Assembly (NCBI GenBank): GCA_031835245.2
Contig: JAVKOQ020000044.1
Coordinates: 62,001 to 126,000 of the forward strand
DNA: 64,000 nt
Direction of reading: 5' to 3'
Origin: Balamuthia mandrillaris
Lineage: Eukaryota
This document shows, piece after piece, positions 52,817 through 64,000 of this stretch (within the stretch, counting starts at the first letter, position 1; every line of letters begins with the position of its first letter). Made by a program: the position numbers and the translations under genes. The notes under the pieces were generated by a model. It was not told the DNA's origin and made no database searches. It saw only the letters and a list, made by a program, of their open reading frames with translations.

Positions 52817-53116
52817 ATCTTTCCACTTTCCTGTCTCTATCCTGTTTCTCTGATCGCTAAACTAAACAATTGAATTCATCTTATCACAGTCGTAATACAA
52901 GAGCTCAACGTCAGAAAAGAGAAGGATGTAAGGCCTTACGTCAAGAAATACCAAGAGATAGAGGCTCAAGGCGGCAAAGGCTACGAGTACTTTAGAACTA
53001 TGTACCTGCGGGCGCTCGACAACAAACGCCAACAGCAACAAAAAACGACAGAGCAAGATCTGGACGAAGAGGACGAACCTTCTTTCAAGCCAGCAACCAA
53101 GCGTGGCTGGTGGTAG
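51396..53116 (+). CDS. TIM50: Mitochondrial import inner membrane translocase TIM50
   Basis: Long transit peptide, hydrophobic segment, LLPDPVPPPY, KRPATEYFL, KLDP, VKDLARLGRDLKRVIAID (degenerate NIF/HAD domain). Confidence 0.85.
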
Positions 53117-53209
53117 TTCACATCGCTTCCTCCTCTCTCTCATCTCTTTCCGCTTCTTTTAGTCTTCACTCTCCTTTCTCTTTAGAAACGTTTTGAATCT
53201 ACATTTTTT

Positions 53210-55594
53210 TTACGCTTCAAACAAGTCAAGTACATGTTCTACTCCATGATCCCTCTTTATGCGCAGCACACGAAGAGCCGTAGGAAGATACCGTAACAAT
53301 GAGTCCTCTATTCCTCCTTCTCCTCCTTCCTCTTCCTCTTCCTCTTTTCCTTTCACATACTTTCTTCCATACCATCGTTCCTCTTTTTCTTCAAGCGAGG
53401 CTCTCCAATGGAGAGTCAACTTACGAATGGAGGGAGGAAGCAAAGCGAGGCGCTCGGCCGGTCCTCGGAAGTCGAGGAGCTCTAACCTGGTCAGGCCAGA
53501 AGGGAGGTTTTGCAAGTCGTTCTCTGGAATGTCGGCCTTTAGCACGTTGAGCGTTGGAGGGAGTTGGGCGCAGGTTATCTTGCTGTCTCTTCTGAGATAG
53601 AGTCTATCCGTCGCTGAAAGAGAACAACAAGGACGAAGAAGACAAAGCAGAAGAAAGAGCAGGAGGAGGGAGAAGAAGAAGCAAAGCAGAGATACGTTAG
53701 CTGATTCTTGCAAGGATAGACAATAAAAGAGAGAAAAGGAAGCACCTTGGAGGGGTGGAGGTATAGGGTCCCCACGAAAGACGTTGTGTTCGCGTATCCT
53801 CAAAGTGTGGAGGGGCGAAAGGTGCTCCGCAAAGGCGGTGTCGTTGCTGCGCGTGGTGAGCACGATCTCCAGGTCCTTCACGCTCTGCGGCAGCTTGGCA
53901 CCGGCCAGAATGGGGATGGAGAGAGAGCGCAGGCTGCTCAGCCCCATCAACTGGGGGTAAGGCACGACGGCGTTGCGTTCGCCATCCCTTCCGCTGATGC
54001 AGAAGCGCAGCTCCTGCAGGCTGGATGCCAAGGACCCGGGAAAGCGCAGCGGGGCCGTCCAGTTGTGAAGCTCTAGCGCTCTCAACGAAGGCGGGAGGAA
54101 GCCTCGCTCCGCCTCTTCAGAGGAAAGTGAGGTTGGAGAGGGACCCAGTTTTAGCTCTTGGAGCGCATCAGGGAGGTCTCGGAGGTGGCGAAGCTCCAAG
54201 CATTCGCAAAGGTTCAGAGAGGAGAGGCCCGAGGGAAGGTCCTTCCAACCGTTGCCCAGCAGCTGCCTGCAGTGAGATAGATCCAAGGCGGTGAGCCTTC
54301 TTGGCAACAGCCCCATCGCTCGGTCGCTGACCTTGGTGTCGGAGAGGTCCAGCAGGCGAAGCTCCTTGGGAAGGGCTTGGCAGGCCTCGGTGGTCACAAA
54401 GTCGCAGCCGTCCAGAACGAGCTGCTGCAGCTGTGGGGGGAGGTAACGGTGCCAGGTGGAAGCATCAAAGGCCTCTATCTCCACGTTGGAAAGGTTCAGT
54501 GCCTTGAGGCCTTTCGGAAGGTGCACAAGTTCTCGCATGTGAAAGGTCAATCCAGAGAGATTCTTTTAGTACAAAAGGAGTTAGTTCTTGTTCTTGTTCT
54601 TCTTCTTCTTCTTCACCTATCAATAACCTTACCAAGTCGTGTAAGTGGGAAGGAAGGCCTTCCAACGAAGGCAAGCCACTGCACCATCCTATGTTGAGAG
54701 AACGAAGGTGGACGAGTCGCTCCTGCAAGGCCCCAAGTCCGGTAATGCGCGAGCAGAAACGAAGGTCCAGTTCGAGAAGGCTCGTCGGCAAAAGGTGGAG
54801 GTGTGGATCCACCAAGAACTCGCAGTGAGAGGCGTCCATGCTGCCAAGTCGTGGGCAGTTCTCTTCCAAGAAGAACAGGACTTGCGTGATGGTGCCCGTG
54901 CCTCCTCTATCTTTCCTCTTGTGCTGGGAGAACGCTTCTTCGTTCAATGTAGCGGAAGGGCGGACGTGCAGCCTGTGTTTGACGTGCAGCAGCCACACCA
55001 CCGTCCTCAAGTCTTTGCACACTTTGGAGAGGCTCAACAGGTCAACCAGTCCCAAGTGCGTCATTACCACTGTTGTTCATACAAAGCGAGCCTCAGTCTC
55101 CAGAGACAAACTAACGAAAGAACACTAGGAGAGAACAACAAAGGCAGCAACGAAGAAGAAGAAGAACAAGAAGAACAAGAAGAAGAAACCACGAAGTAGA
55201 TCGATGAGGCAATTGGGAGAACGACGGAGGAGAAAGAGGAAAGAGTACTCAGCCATAGTTCAGAAGGCAAAAGGAAGAAAGGAGGAAGGAGGTCCAGCTC
55301 TTCTTCATTGCTCACCGACGACTCAGCGGAACAAAGTGACTCCACGCGCCTTTGCCTTGCACGCAGCGCCTGTTCCTCTACAAAAAGGTCCTGCTCGCGG
55401 CGTTTAAGCAGGACGTGGTGGTCCTTGCACTGTTGAAGAAAGGTTCGAAACAGGGCTTGGGTGTATCGCTCGAAGAAAGCGTAGCAACCGGCATTCGTGC
55501 ATGCTTCCTGCAGCAGCTTTCAGCTGTGCTCCATGTCCTCCATCGTCACGGCCCTTTGCCTTGCCATCTTCTTAAAGTCGTGCGTTACCTCCAT
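53210..55594 (-). pseudogene. F-box plus LRR (FNIP-like) gene interrupted by one in-frame TGA
   Basis: Spliced F-box PFFLLPSELWLMVMTHLGLVDLLSLSKVCKDLR and many LPxxLxxLxL repeats. Reading frame from ATG 55594 hits TGA at 55522-55520 and then continues open. Confidence 0.6.
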
Positions 55595-55741
55595 TCTCTA
55601 AAACCTCTTTATTTTGGTTGAAAACTTTTTTTCCTATAAGACTTTATAGCATCAATACAGTTCATTTGCCTTTTTATACAGGTTTCATCTTTCTCAATGC
55701 GAAGAGGTTAAAAACAACAAGAGGAGACAAAGGAGGCCAGC

Positions 55742-57115
55742 TTAGTTCGCCTTTTGGTGTTTGCTGGCGGTGAAGAGTGGAGCAACGGTCGTTTGAAAGA
55801 ACGTGCGTATGGGGTCGGGGCTAAAGTATCTCTCTTGCAATCTCTCCGCATCAGGCCCGCTGCCCGCTCTTGCAAACTGGAGGATGGTGGTACCGCTCTC
55901 CGGATTCTCTGTTCGTTTTATGTTGAACGAAGCCATCTGATACTCCTCGTTGTCCGGTGCGTTGGTGCCAAAGTAAAGGTCCAACAGGGCGTTATAGATG
56001 CCGTAGTTCTTGGAGTGCCAAGTGTGATGGTCCGCGTGATGGTTGACGCCTCCGGAACCATCGGCCTTGCGCGTGTGTCCCACTTTGTTGCTCCAACTCA
56101 GGGTCAACGTGTGATAGGAGAGGGAGGTAGGGGTGTAACCCAGCGCCATTTGTCCCGCCACCTCTACCCAGAGACCCAACCACTCCTCCGGGAGGCCGCT
56201 GCCGTAGATATGCGCATCAAAGGCGTTGGTGTCATGAAGGTAGTGATGGAACTTGTGAGCGGACTCGTAGACTCGCGGCAGGTGCACCATGCGATGCTGG
56301 TGGTAGAACAGCAAGGCCCAGTGGAGCGTGTGGTGAGCGCAGATAGTGGCAAGACGACCGGAGAGACCGGTGAACGCGTCCACCAGCCACACGAACAGCG
56401 GAATGGAATGGCCTCGACAGAGCAGCAGCAGGAGAAGGGAGTATGTCTTGGTGTTAAGGAAGCCATAGCCCACATGAACAAGCGTGGTTCGCAGAGGGAG
56501 CCTTGCCGAAGGGCCTAGCCCCGTTTGGAAGTAGCAGTAGGCGCAGGCGAGCTGGTCCGCTGCGAGGAAGAGCAGGATAAAGGTGTTGTCGATGGGAATG
56601 CTCCAGTCCAAAGCCGACGGCAGCAGCAATGTTCGAAGGTTCTGGAGGATGACCTGAGCGGCATAGTGGCCAGCATACACGGGCGGAGCCAATGCCATGA
56701 ACATGGTCACGGCGGCAAACAGGGAGTAAGGCGCCACAGCGAACTGCAGCAGCCCCAAAAAGAACGCGAGGAGCGGGTGGCCCAAGGCGGCAGCCACCAA
56801 ACAGGAGAGACGCACGGCCATCATGAAGTAGATGGTGTGGTGGAAGGGCCGAGACGGAAGCCCCTTGTGAAGCTCTCGCATGCACTCTTTCAGGTTGGTG
56901 TAGCCCTGGCTGTACCGCTCTTTGATAGAGTTGGGCACTGTCAGCTCCAGCGTCTCGCTTTGCGGGCGTTTGCTGTGGTAGAGGAGGTCGTTGAGGGCGG
57001 CAGGGTTTCTTATCTCATGGGGCAAGGTGGTCAGAAGGGCCAGGTTCTCCCAGTAGAAGGTGGCGAGCAGGGATAATCCCTTCACGTGAGCTCTGTAGTA
57101 GTCGATATATTCCAT
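55742..57115 (-). CDS. Fatty-acid hydroxylase / sterol desaturase superfamily membrane di-metal enzyme
   Basis: His boxes HRMVH, HKFHH, VGH, HADHH..NYG and multiple TM segments. Intronless 457-aa ORF. Confidence 0.82.
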   Translation of the reverse strand: MEYIDYYRAHVKGLSLLATFYWENLALLTTLPHEIRNPAALNDLLYHSKRPQSETLELTVPNSIKERYSQGYTNLKECMRELHKGLPSRPFHHTIYFMMAVRLSCLVAAALGHPLLAFFLGLLQFAVAPYSLFAAVTMFMALAPPVYAGHYAAQVILQNLRTLLLPSALDWSIPIDNTFILLFLAADQLACAYCYFQTGLGPSARLPLRTTLVHVGYGFLNTKTYSLLLLLLCRGHSIPLFVWLVDAFTGLSGRLATICAHHTLHWALLFYHQHRMVHLPRVYESAHKFHHYLHDTNAFDAHIYGSGLPEEWLGLWVEVAGQMALGYTPTSLSYHTLTLSWSNKVGHTRKADGSGGVNHHADHHTWHSKNYGIYNALLDLYFGTNAPDNEEYQMASFNIKRTENPESGTTILQFARAGSGPDAERLQERYFSPDPIRTFFQTTVAPLFTASKHQKAN

Positions 57116-57576
57116 TGGAGGTTCTAGTTCTTTTTAATACTGTTGCACTGGTATTAAAGCAACAACAACAAACTGTTTCTGCCTTCTTCGGGTACCAATG
57201 AGAGTTTGGGACTCCACAAAGACGGCAGCAGCAGGAGGGACCGCAGGGTTTTGTATGAGGAACGAGAAGCTGCTGCAGGTTTGCTATGGTAGTAATGCTG
57301 GCGGTTGGATGGCTATGGCGCCCAAGAGGGGCATCGCGGAGATATCTTTGGCATTCGACCGAGCGGTTCGCCCCCCTCCTTAATCCCAGGGCGCATTGAA
57401 CGGGATCGGGCCAGTGGGCCATGCTGTCCCGTCCTTGCGGAGGCGCCCCAGCCAGCCCTGGCGGCCATCGCTTTCCCTCTGCCCGCAAAGGTTGGCTGGC
57501 GGTTTTTTCCTTTCGCCAAAATTTAGCTAAAAAGGGGCAGGATGAGAGCGTGGAGAGGAGATTGGTCGGGAGAGTA

Positions 57577-57639
57577 GTCGACGATAAATCAACGTCGACA
57601 ACATTTCAGAAATCGGGTCGACCTGAAACATGTGTCGAC
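57577..57639. promoter_or_regulatory. Four GTCGAC palindromes upstream of WDR5
   Basis: Sites at 57577, 57594, 57617, 57634. Regulatory role is inferred. Confidence 0.6.
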
Positions 57640-57818
57640 AAACCTTCCAAGAAAAAAAGAAAGAAAGAAGGAAGCAGAAAAGAAAAAACGTTCGTCTGAT
57701 CCTGCCCTTTCTCTCTCCCTTCCTTCTCTTTGAGCCCCCCCCTCTCAACGATCAACTGTGAGGTGTCTGTAGAAAAAAACAAGCAACACTCCACAACCGT
57801 GTTTTTTTTCCCCCCACA

Positions 57819-59492
<1,674 letters not shown>

Positions 59493-60012
59493 ACTTTTAT
59501 AACCGCTGTACCTTCTTCTTTCTCTCTTTGTTTTCTCAACAACAGAAAAAAAAAACAGTCCCTCGTGCTATTTTTTTTTTTTTGAGCAATATGCACTCTC
59601 TATCCTAAGGGACTCGGGTCAGGCTCAGGGGCTAGTGCGATTGTTGTGGTGGTGGGCGCCCATCGGGCTTGCTATTTTGTGAGCAGTGCACGCTCGCCTC
59701 TTTTGCCCTGTTCAGTTTTATGTTTTTTCTCTCCAAAGATGACCCGCCGAATGAACTTCACGTTCATCCTACTTTTGCAGCTCTTTGTTGGAACTGCTTT
59801 CTCTTCCTCCTCTTCTTTCGTTTGTTGGAGAGGAAAGATATAGTTTCTTTCTCCTCCTCTTTCCTCTTTCTTTTTCACTCGTAACAAAACACACGCACAC
59901 ACTGCCAGACACTTGGCCTCTTTTCACAAGACTCGCTCTCTTGTGCCTTCAGCTGCAAAACTGCTTTGGGATGCAAGAAGACTTGTTCGGTTCATAGAAG
60001 TAACCCAACAAA

Positions 60013-60586
60013 ATGGAGAAGTGTTCGCTGCCTCGCAACCCTTCGAAAGCGCAGTATCGCATTTCGCCTGCCTTTCGTCTCTATGAACGGCTACGAGAGG
60101 TGCTGCAAAACGGGGATTCTGCCAAGCTTAGGCAAGAGCTGCCATCGCTGCAAACGCTGAACTGTGATTTTGGTGTTTGGCCGCCCGAAAGGCCTCTCTT
60201 GCATCACGCATGTGGAGCAGCAAACGCATCCTTGGAAGACATTGAGTACCTTCTTGACCTAGGCAGTGACATAAACTTTCAGGACACAACCTCTGGGTAT
60301 TTGTTTGTTTTTTTTTCATTCAGCGCAGATGGACAGTTCATGCCTAACATGTTTGAGTTGGTCATTTAGGTACACTCCACTGCACCAAGCAGCTTATTAT
60401 GGACGGACAGAAGTGGTGAAACTGCTGCTCAAGAGGGGGGCCTCTACTACTCTCCTTAATTGCAATAGAGAAACCCCTGCGGATGCTGCTAAGGCCAACA
60501 ATCATACTGAAGTAGCAAATCTTTTGCAGCGAGACAATTCTAGAGGCTCACCCCAAGTGGCATCACAGAGAGACGAAGCTAATTAA
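60013..60586 (+). CDS. Small ankyrin-repeat protein
   Basis: PLLHHAC..LLDLGSDIN, then across one intron GYTPLHQAAYYGRTEVVKLLLKRGA..ETPADAA. Confidence 0.82.
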
Positions 60587-60966
60587 AATACAAGAGCGCT
60601 GCCGCTGGGACAGCGCCGTCGTTTTTTTTTTTGTTTGTTGTACTCTCATTCTTTGCACTCACCATATTTTTATGACGGTTTTTTTTTGTGAAGAAGAGGA
60701 AACTTTATTTTTTGCTCTTGCAAAAGGTGAGCAGTGCACAACACGTCTGCCCTGCTGCTTCCTCGTTGTTCTTCCCTCTCGGCCGCTCATCATGCCTTCC
60801 CTTTCTTTTTTCCCTTTTGCTTCCGCCTCCTGGCAAACCTCACGACGACCTGATCAAATGTGTCGACTATTATTCCGGGGTTGTCGACACACATAAAAAA
60901 GGCGGGAAACAACCCAAACAAACTGCTGGGGCAGCAGAGCAAGCGCGCGGTGGGTAAACAAAAATA

Positions 60967-62615
60967 ATGGAAATGGAGCGGAGGAGCTGCGAGGCGCTGA
61001 CCAGCGCACGCCCATCAGCAGCAGCGACAGGAGGAGTAGTAGCAGGAGGAGGAGGAGCAGCGGCAGCGGCTACTCAAACGGGACAAAACGTATCGCAACG
61101 GCCGAGGTTCACCACTGCTCGACTCTGCATGCAACACCAGCAGGTGCTACAACAACCTCCACCCCAGCAGCAACAAAGAAGAGCGGCCCACAGCAGCGGT
61201 AGCGGTAGCAGTAGCAGTGGAAACAAGCACAACAACGTGTACAGCTACACGCGCTTAGCTGACCTTCGCCCTGGCGTGTTTCATGTCTACGGCATTGTGG
61301 CTGACTTTACCCTGCCTCGCCCCACAAATGGAACTGGTACCACAACCATCCATCTATCGTTTTTGTGCCTGCAACTTTACCTATCATTCTATGAACCCAA
61401 ACAGATATGGTGGTCAGTTTAACTCTCATAGATACATCGTGCCCCACCAAAGGAGAAGGCCTTTCCATCAACCTGTTTGGCAGCTCGGAGCACCACCTCC
61501 CCAAGTTCCACAAAGTTGGCGATATATTCCGTGCACACCGTCTTAGGGTCTGGTCCTTCTTTTCTCCTTTCTTCTCTTCGTCGTTCTCTTCTCCTCTCTC
61601 CTTCCCTTGCTCTCTCTCTTCCTCGCAACGGGAATGGAACTGAATGATGTTTGGGCAGGTGCAACAATATGGAGGCAAGCTGCAAGGAGTGGGCAAGTGT
61701 CCTGGCAACTTTTCCTTTTTGTTGTTGGATGGTGAGCCTGGCAGCTCCTTCAAGGTGCGAACCAGCTCTGACTCCTACACATTCACCACCAAAGATGAGG
61801 AGATTGTGAAGGCTCTTCGCATTTGGGGTCAACACCAAGGCTGTGACGTTCTTAGTTGAGTATGCTGTGTATTGTTGCGGTTGGTTTAGTGCTAACACAC
61901 ATATTCAACCAAAATCAGCTGCTGACCCTGTTACCAATAAGTACTTGAAGCGTATAGACGAGTTGCAACCTGCTACTTTTGTTGACCTTGTTTGCAAGGT
62001 TTTGGTCATCGAAGAGCCGAGACCGTGTCGTTCTGGCATGTTGGTCAACCTACGTGTGTGGGACGGCACCAAGTGCTCCTTTGATTACTCGTTTGTGCTC
62101 TCGCTCGTTTTTCTTGTTCTCTTGTTCTCTTCTTTTTTCTCCGTTCTGGTAGGCCAGAAACTAATAATGTTAGAGAACTGGTAATAGAGGGTTAGAAGAA
62201 TCTGAGGATGGAAGCAAAAAAGAAATTCCGCGTTACAGACTGGACACCAGAGTGGTGGATCCACTGAGCACCAACTTTCTTCTCACGACATCCACCTCGC
62301 ATCTGATTGAAAAGGTAAGGCAGCTTCGAGTGGGCATGTGGGTTCGCTTCCGGAACATCAGCATTCAGATGTACCAGGGCGTTTGCTTCGGCGAGATGAC
62401 TCAGAAGAGCAGTTTTGCTGAAATAGATCCGTCTAGCCCTGAAGTTGTTGCTCGTTTGAAGTTAGTTTTGTTTATTGCCACTGTTTGCATTTCCTTGGCC
62501 TAACTAACCCTTGTATAACAGTGCTTATCGGCAGCGTGACGAGAACCTGAAAGAACGTGAACAGTTGTTACAGGAACAAGAGGCTACAACCTCCGTCACC
62601 TGTTAGCGCGCTCTC

Positions 62616-62647
<32 letters not shown>

Positions 62648-63318
62648 CCTCTCTTCTCCTATAACCTTTCTCTCTCCATTAAATTCTAATATCTTTCCAA
62701 CAGTGCATCCCCATACAGCTGCACCATTCTCCACAATTCGTGACATCCGATCCCATCCAGAGGTTTGTTCTCTTAATCCTCTCTCCCTTCTCCACAATTT
62801 AATAACACGAACCGGAAAATAGCCGATAGGAAAGTTTAGAGTTAAGGCCACAGTGGTGGGATTTACACCATCAGAACTGCGGGACTTTACTGGTGTGTCT
62901 CTATTGGACACAGAGAAAGCAAGCGAGAAGGAAGAACCAGAGTACCGCTTCATGTTTCAACTGATGCTGCAAGATGACACAGGAACATTGCCTGTGTTGG
63001 TTTACAAGGAAGACGCGGTTCGTGTTGCCACATCCAGGAATATGTGACCTAGAATGCTTTGTTGAAACTTACCTCTTCCTTCCCTGCTCATTAACAAAGG
63101 TAACGCTGTTCAACGGAGTGCACGCCGTTAATTTGTACGACAATGAATATTGCTATAACGTGGTGAAGAGTAAAGTAGAAAGGCTGCGCGGTGCCGTCAT
63201 TGATTGTTGCGTAAAGAGCTATCTGGCAGCTCCCTCTGAGGATACGCAAAGTTCCCTCCGACAGCGGCGCTATCGTATGTTCGATACCATACTCCTTGAT
63301 GAAGATAGCTGCTGGTGA
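60967..63318 (+). CDS. POT1: Protection of telomeres protein 1 (OB folds)
   Basis: OB1 YTRLADL..VYGIV.DF..P..TNGTD..LTLID..INLF..LP...VGDIFRAHRL. OB2 FVDLVCKV..LRVWDGT. C-terminal OB FRVKATVV..LQDDTGTL.V..IDCCVKSY..YRMFDT. Confidence 0.85.
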
Positions 63319-63385
63319 CTAACATGTTAAATAAAATGTATAAAACTTAAACACGAAGTATCTCCTCTTCAAAAAAAAATCTATG

Positions 63386-63787
63386 TTACTTTGATAAGAA
63401 GAATTGGAGCAACTCAGAAGCAGCCTCTTTGACTTTAGCTGCTTCATGGTTGGCATAGTGCTGCTGAAGGGACGGCAACAGTTCCATGTCCAGGGCGAGA
63501 GAGCGGGTGGCTGGGTCTTCCCAGGCGAGGGTACCAACGGCAACGAGGCACCGGTACGCTAATTCTGCATCCTGCTCGGGTTTTGCCAATAGGCTTGACA
63601 GTATGTCCATGCATTGCGCCTTGTGGCCGTCCCTCTCCTCCGCATTGTTTCCTGCTTGCTGCAGACAGTGCACTCCGTAGCTGTTATTTTTAACAAAACC
63701 ATCAGTTCAGCCATCAGCCGGAGAGAGAGGGAGAGAGAGGGAGAGGGAAAGAGAGGGAGAGGGAGAGAGAGAGAGAGAGAGAGAGAC

Positions 63788-63823
<36 letters not shown>

Positions 63824-64000
63824 GAGGAGAGAATGATACTTGAGAAGGATGGTGGCAAGCGCGGTCCGAACTGGGAGGCTGCTGTTGTGTTGACAGTCAG
63901 CCACTGCTTCCAGGACTTGTTCAATGGCGCCACAGATTATTACTCGCAATTTCTGGCGCAAAAAGGTGTTGCAAAGAACGCGCAATGCCATGATAACATT
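63386..64000 (-). CDS. PLAA: PLAA/Doa1/Ufd3 PUL-domain C-terminus; truncated by the window end
   Basis: MALRVLCNTF..VRTALATILLN and D.ELAYRCLVAVGTL are typical of the PUL domain. Confidence 0.75.

Noticed and set aside
55520..55522. Alternative genetic code (TGA as sense)
   Set aside because: TGA is the normal terminator of several genes here (RasGAP, eIF3k, F-BAR, PP2C, POT1), and Trp is TGG elsewhere.
55754..57076. Long antisense ORFs over the hydroxylase, DHTKD1 and GCDH genes
   Set aside because: Shadow ORFs caused by GC-rich codon usage; no motifs.
60600..63380. Telomeric repeats or a telomerase RNA template near POT1
   Set aside because: No TTAGGG/CCCTAA arrays seen. CTAACCC at about 62504 is an intron branch-point region.

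Overview
Gene-dense, intron-rich eukaryotic genomic DNA. It is most likely an amoebozoan protist (Balamuthia/Acanthamoeba-like); this is inferred from gene content and intron style, not from a database match. I can assemble about 25 protein-coding genes, most of them spliced: a kinesin-5 tail, a LamG/Ig-TM-RasGAP receptor, an orphan ORF, a receptor tyrosine kinase, a CH-IQ-DH-PH RhoGEF, eIF3k, ISCA1, Nup107, an F-BAR/SH3 protein, an SH3-RPEL-RhoGAP, a conserved RS/K-rich protein, DHTKD1, ZNF593/Bud20, 3-hydroxybutyryl-CoA dehydrogenase, a PP2C, a WH2/VCA-like protein, PSMA3, GCDH, TIM50, an F-box/LRR gene with an in-frame TGA, an intronless fatty-acid-hydroxylase-family gene, WDR5, an ankyrin protein, POT1 and the PLAA C-terminus. 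I found no tRNA, rRNA, CRISPR array or transposon that I can support. The main observations are: (1) three enzymes of the 2-oxoadipate to acetoacetyl-CoA route (lysine/tryptophan catabolism) lie within about 15.5 kb; (2) a plexin-analogous single-pass receptor carries an intracellular RasGAP; (3) a palindromic GTCGAC element is clustered in most divergent promoters; (4) a non-canonical Arp2/3-activator-like protein is present. Exon boundaries were assigned by eye and are approximate.
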